In this document: one piece after another, positions 8,541 through 10,292 of the stretch | Position numbering within the stretch: position 1 is the stretch's first letter | Layout: every line of letters starts with the position of its first letter | NCBI GenBank assembly: GCA_001179505.1 | Contig: CDMY01000927.1 | Location: 1-10,292 of the forward strand | Length of the DNA: 10,292 nucleotides | From: Vitrella brassicaformis CCMP3155 | Taxonomy: Eukaryota > Protista > Chromerida | Direction: 5' to 3' | Notes under the pieces: model-generated | Databases searched by the model: none | Told to the model about the DNA's origin: nothing | Seen by the model: the letters and a program-made list of their open reading frames with translations, nothing else | Program-made: the position numbers and the translations under genes

Positions 8541-10136
8541 ATGATCAAGGAGCTCGCTCTGAGGCTCCAACAAAACGGCATTCCCGCTCTCTTCATAACG
8601 TTCAACGAGTTTACCAAGCCGAGTGTCTTTGAGCTCGACAACAAGACACCACTGGAGTCCATTGGCCTGCGAATAGCCTGGGCTACTGCGACACCTGAGG
8701 CTCTCGAGAGAGTGGCAAAGGCGTCAGACAATGCAGCCGCCGACCTGACATGGACCGACTGGGTCGAAAACGTGTCGGTCAGCTCCAGGAGCATCGAGGA
8801 ATGGCTCGGCACCCACCCTCTTGCGCTCTTCGTCGATGAGCTCAACCTGCGCATCCCCGAAGACACCGACTTCGAGAAAGTGCCGTCAGCAAAAGACTTC
8901 GATTTCTTCGTCACCAACAATTTCCTCAACAAGCGTCACCGTTGCTTCGTGTTCTCGAGCCACATCTTCACACTGGGGGACAATCTCGAGAAGTACTACT
9001 ACAAGTTCGGCGGCCGCAGGGTCTTCCGGCCAGAGACTCCAAGAGTCCAGAAGCTGCCCGATGTGACCGAGAGCCGCCTCTGCCCAGACGTGCATGCCGG
9101 TTTCGTGTGCTGGACCGGCCGGGCACCATCGTTGCTGGCGCTCACGTATTCCGAAGAGCCACCTGCCCCCGACGAGGTCAAAACGCCCTTCCGCAAAGCC
9201 AAGCGCCCTCCTCTCAACGCAGCCCTTGCCCAAGATGTGGTTCGAACAGCCGTCGAGGGCGACGTCGAGCGGGCGGGTGGTCTGGGGACGTGGTCGCGCT
9301 TCATCGACGTCTTTGACTCGTCGTGTGTGTGGCCGCCCTGCTATCTTGGGCTGGCGTGTAGGGCGTTAGGGCTTGAACCTGATGTCAAGTCGGAGCTCGG
9401 AGAAGGATTTGCCTCTGGTCTGAGGGTGATTTCCACGTTTCTCGACCAGCTTCTACTCGACAGGGGGGCCGGGAAGAGATGGGAGGGCGTTGCCGGCGCA
9501 GGAATGCTTCTGAGACTTCTCCACAGTCACCTGGTGGCCGTCGGACTCGCAGAAGCAGACTTGAGCAGCGCCGCGGCGGCCCAGCTGATCCCCGCTGCAG
9601 TCAACGATGGATGCAAGTTTGGAGGTGTCATCCAATTAAGTGGGCCGGAATCGGTGAAGGGTCTCATCACCAAATTCCACGACAAGATGGACCCGACACT
9701 CGCAGGAGAGCCCTCCGTATCTTATTTCGTCAAGCCGCGCTACTCGAGCTTCCTCGGCTTCGACTTCTTCGTGTTCGTGTGCGAGAGAGGGCGCTTGACG
9801 ACGATATACGGCTTCCAGTGCAAGGAGGGACCGACAGGCCCCGACAAAGACTCCGTCGGCCGCATCAAGCGCAGTGTGTCTGAAGCGCTCGCATCACTTG
9901 CGCCAAATGGGGACGGGCCTGATGCGGACAAAGGCGATGCCGGCAAGCCTGTGGAGGTCTATGTCTGTGCCATCCGGCTGCGCGGTGATCAGAGCCAGGA
10001 CAAAGTAGTCGGCGTGCCATCACGTGCCTCTCTGCGAGAGGTCTTCGGTGTGTCCGTCGCGCAGACGTGTCCCTTCGAATGGGTGTCGGAGGAGGAGGAA
10101 GGGGACGACGCGGGAGGGGAAGGGACAGAGGCTTAG
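8541..10136 (+). CDS. Intact 531-aa ORF downstream of the internal stop: Walker B part of the NTPase plus C-terminal restriction-endonuclease-like domain
   Basis: Longest ORF in the window. It is in the same frame as the 8289-8522 ORF. It starts immediately after the GKT motif, so it lacks Walker A. It keeps hhhhDE and D...QxK motifs. Confidence 0.75.
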   Translation: MIKELALRLQQNGIPALFITFNEFTKPSVFELDNKTPLESIGLRIAWATATPEALERVAKASDNAAADLTWTDWVENVSVSSRSIEEWLGTHPLALFVDELNLRIPEDTDFEKVPSAKDFDFFVTNNFLNKRHRCFVFSSHIFTLGDNLEKYYYKFGGRRVFRPETPRVQKLPDVTESRLCPDVHAGFVCWTGRAPSLLALTYSEEPPAPDEVKTPFRKAKRPPLNAALAQDVVRTAVEGDVERAGGLGTWSRFIDVFDSSCVWPPCYLGLACRALGLEPDVKSELGEGFASGLRVISTFLDQLLLDRGAGKRWEGVAGAGMLLRLLHSHLVAVGLAEADLSSAAAAQLIPAAVNDGCKFGGVIQLSGPESVKGLITKFHDKMDPTLAGEPSVSYFVKPRYSSFLGFDFFVFVCERGRLTTIYGFQCKEGPTGPDKDSVGRIKRSVSEALASLAPNGDGPDADKGDAGKPVEVYVCAIRLRGDQSQDKVVGVPSRASLREVFGVSVAQTCPFEWVSEEEEGDDAGGEGTEA

Positions 10137-10292
10137 CAGCTTCGGTCGGACGGAATTTTCCGTGTGCATGATCTATGGCTGCATAATCAATGCGTGTCGC
10201 GCACACCACGAGTTTTTCGGTTGGTTGAGAGCGCGGGACAGAGGTATGTGTGCGGATGTGGTCCGATGTGTGTTTGCGGTGATGTTCAAATG

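Larger units (their letters stand above)
7687..10136 (+). pseudogene. Crinkler/RHS-like effector gene (signal peptide + P-loop NTPase + PD-(D/E)xK nuclease) interrupted by one in-frame TGA; pseudogene, recoded gene or sequence error
   Basis: Exons 7687-7703, 7831-7841, 7948-8157, 8266-10136 join in phase to 703 codons. N-terminus MLFAPRQIRGALYLLVMLEGWLLCCVAERA is signal-peptide-like. Walker A-like SRF*FGGKT (TGA 8520-8522, codon 165), Walker B-like LALFVDE, sensor-like FVFSSH, GxP-like TGRAPSLL, C-terminal nuclease-like FDFFVFV...YGFQCK. Confidence 0.7.

Noticed and set aside
8241-10209. Minus-strand and alternative-frame ORFs overlapping the effector gene
   Set aside because: These are shadow ORFs expected from GC-rich coding sequence, with no recognisable motifs.
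10137-10292. Possible SECIS element for the in-frame UGA (ATGA...AA at about 10168-10190)
   Set aside because: I could not build the required stem or the GA/GA quartet by eye; it needs SECISearch3 and more downstream sequence.

Overview
Eukaryotic, intron-dense DNA: GT-AG introns mostly 52-89 nt, TG/TCTG-rich polypyrimidine tracts, fairly GC-rich exons. The style resembles a chromerid alveolate such as Vitrella, but that is inference only. I spliced four genes by hand. (1) Minus strand, 2512 to <1: signal peptide, plant-type LRR N-cap and about 18 plant-specific-type LRRs; it runs off the left edge. (2) Minus strand, 4236 to 3341: a 2-exon, 278-aa protein with a bipartite-looking leader and a possibly inactive HsdR-N-like restriction-endonuclease fold. 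(3) Plus strand, 4245-6723: the 16-exon 26S proteasome lid subunit RPN3/PSMD3, with an apparent 2-nt frameshift in exon 6. (4) Plus strand, 7687-10136: a secreted Crinkler/RHS-like P-loop NTPase + PD-(D/E)xK nuclease whose Walker A loop contains an in-frame TGA. The start codons of genes 2 and 3 are only 8 nt apart, head-to-head. Most ORFs in the supplied track are splicing fragments, antisense shadows or microsatellite artefacts.
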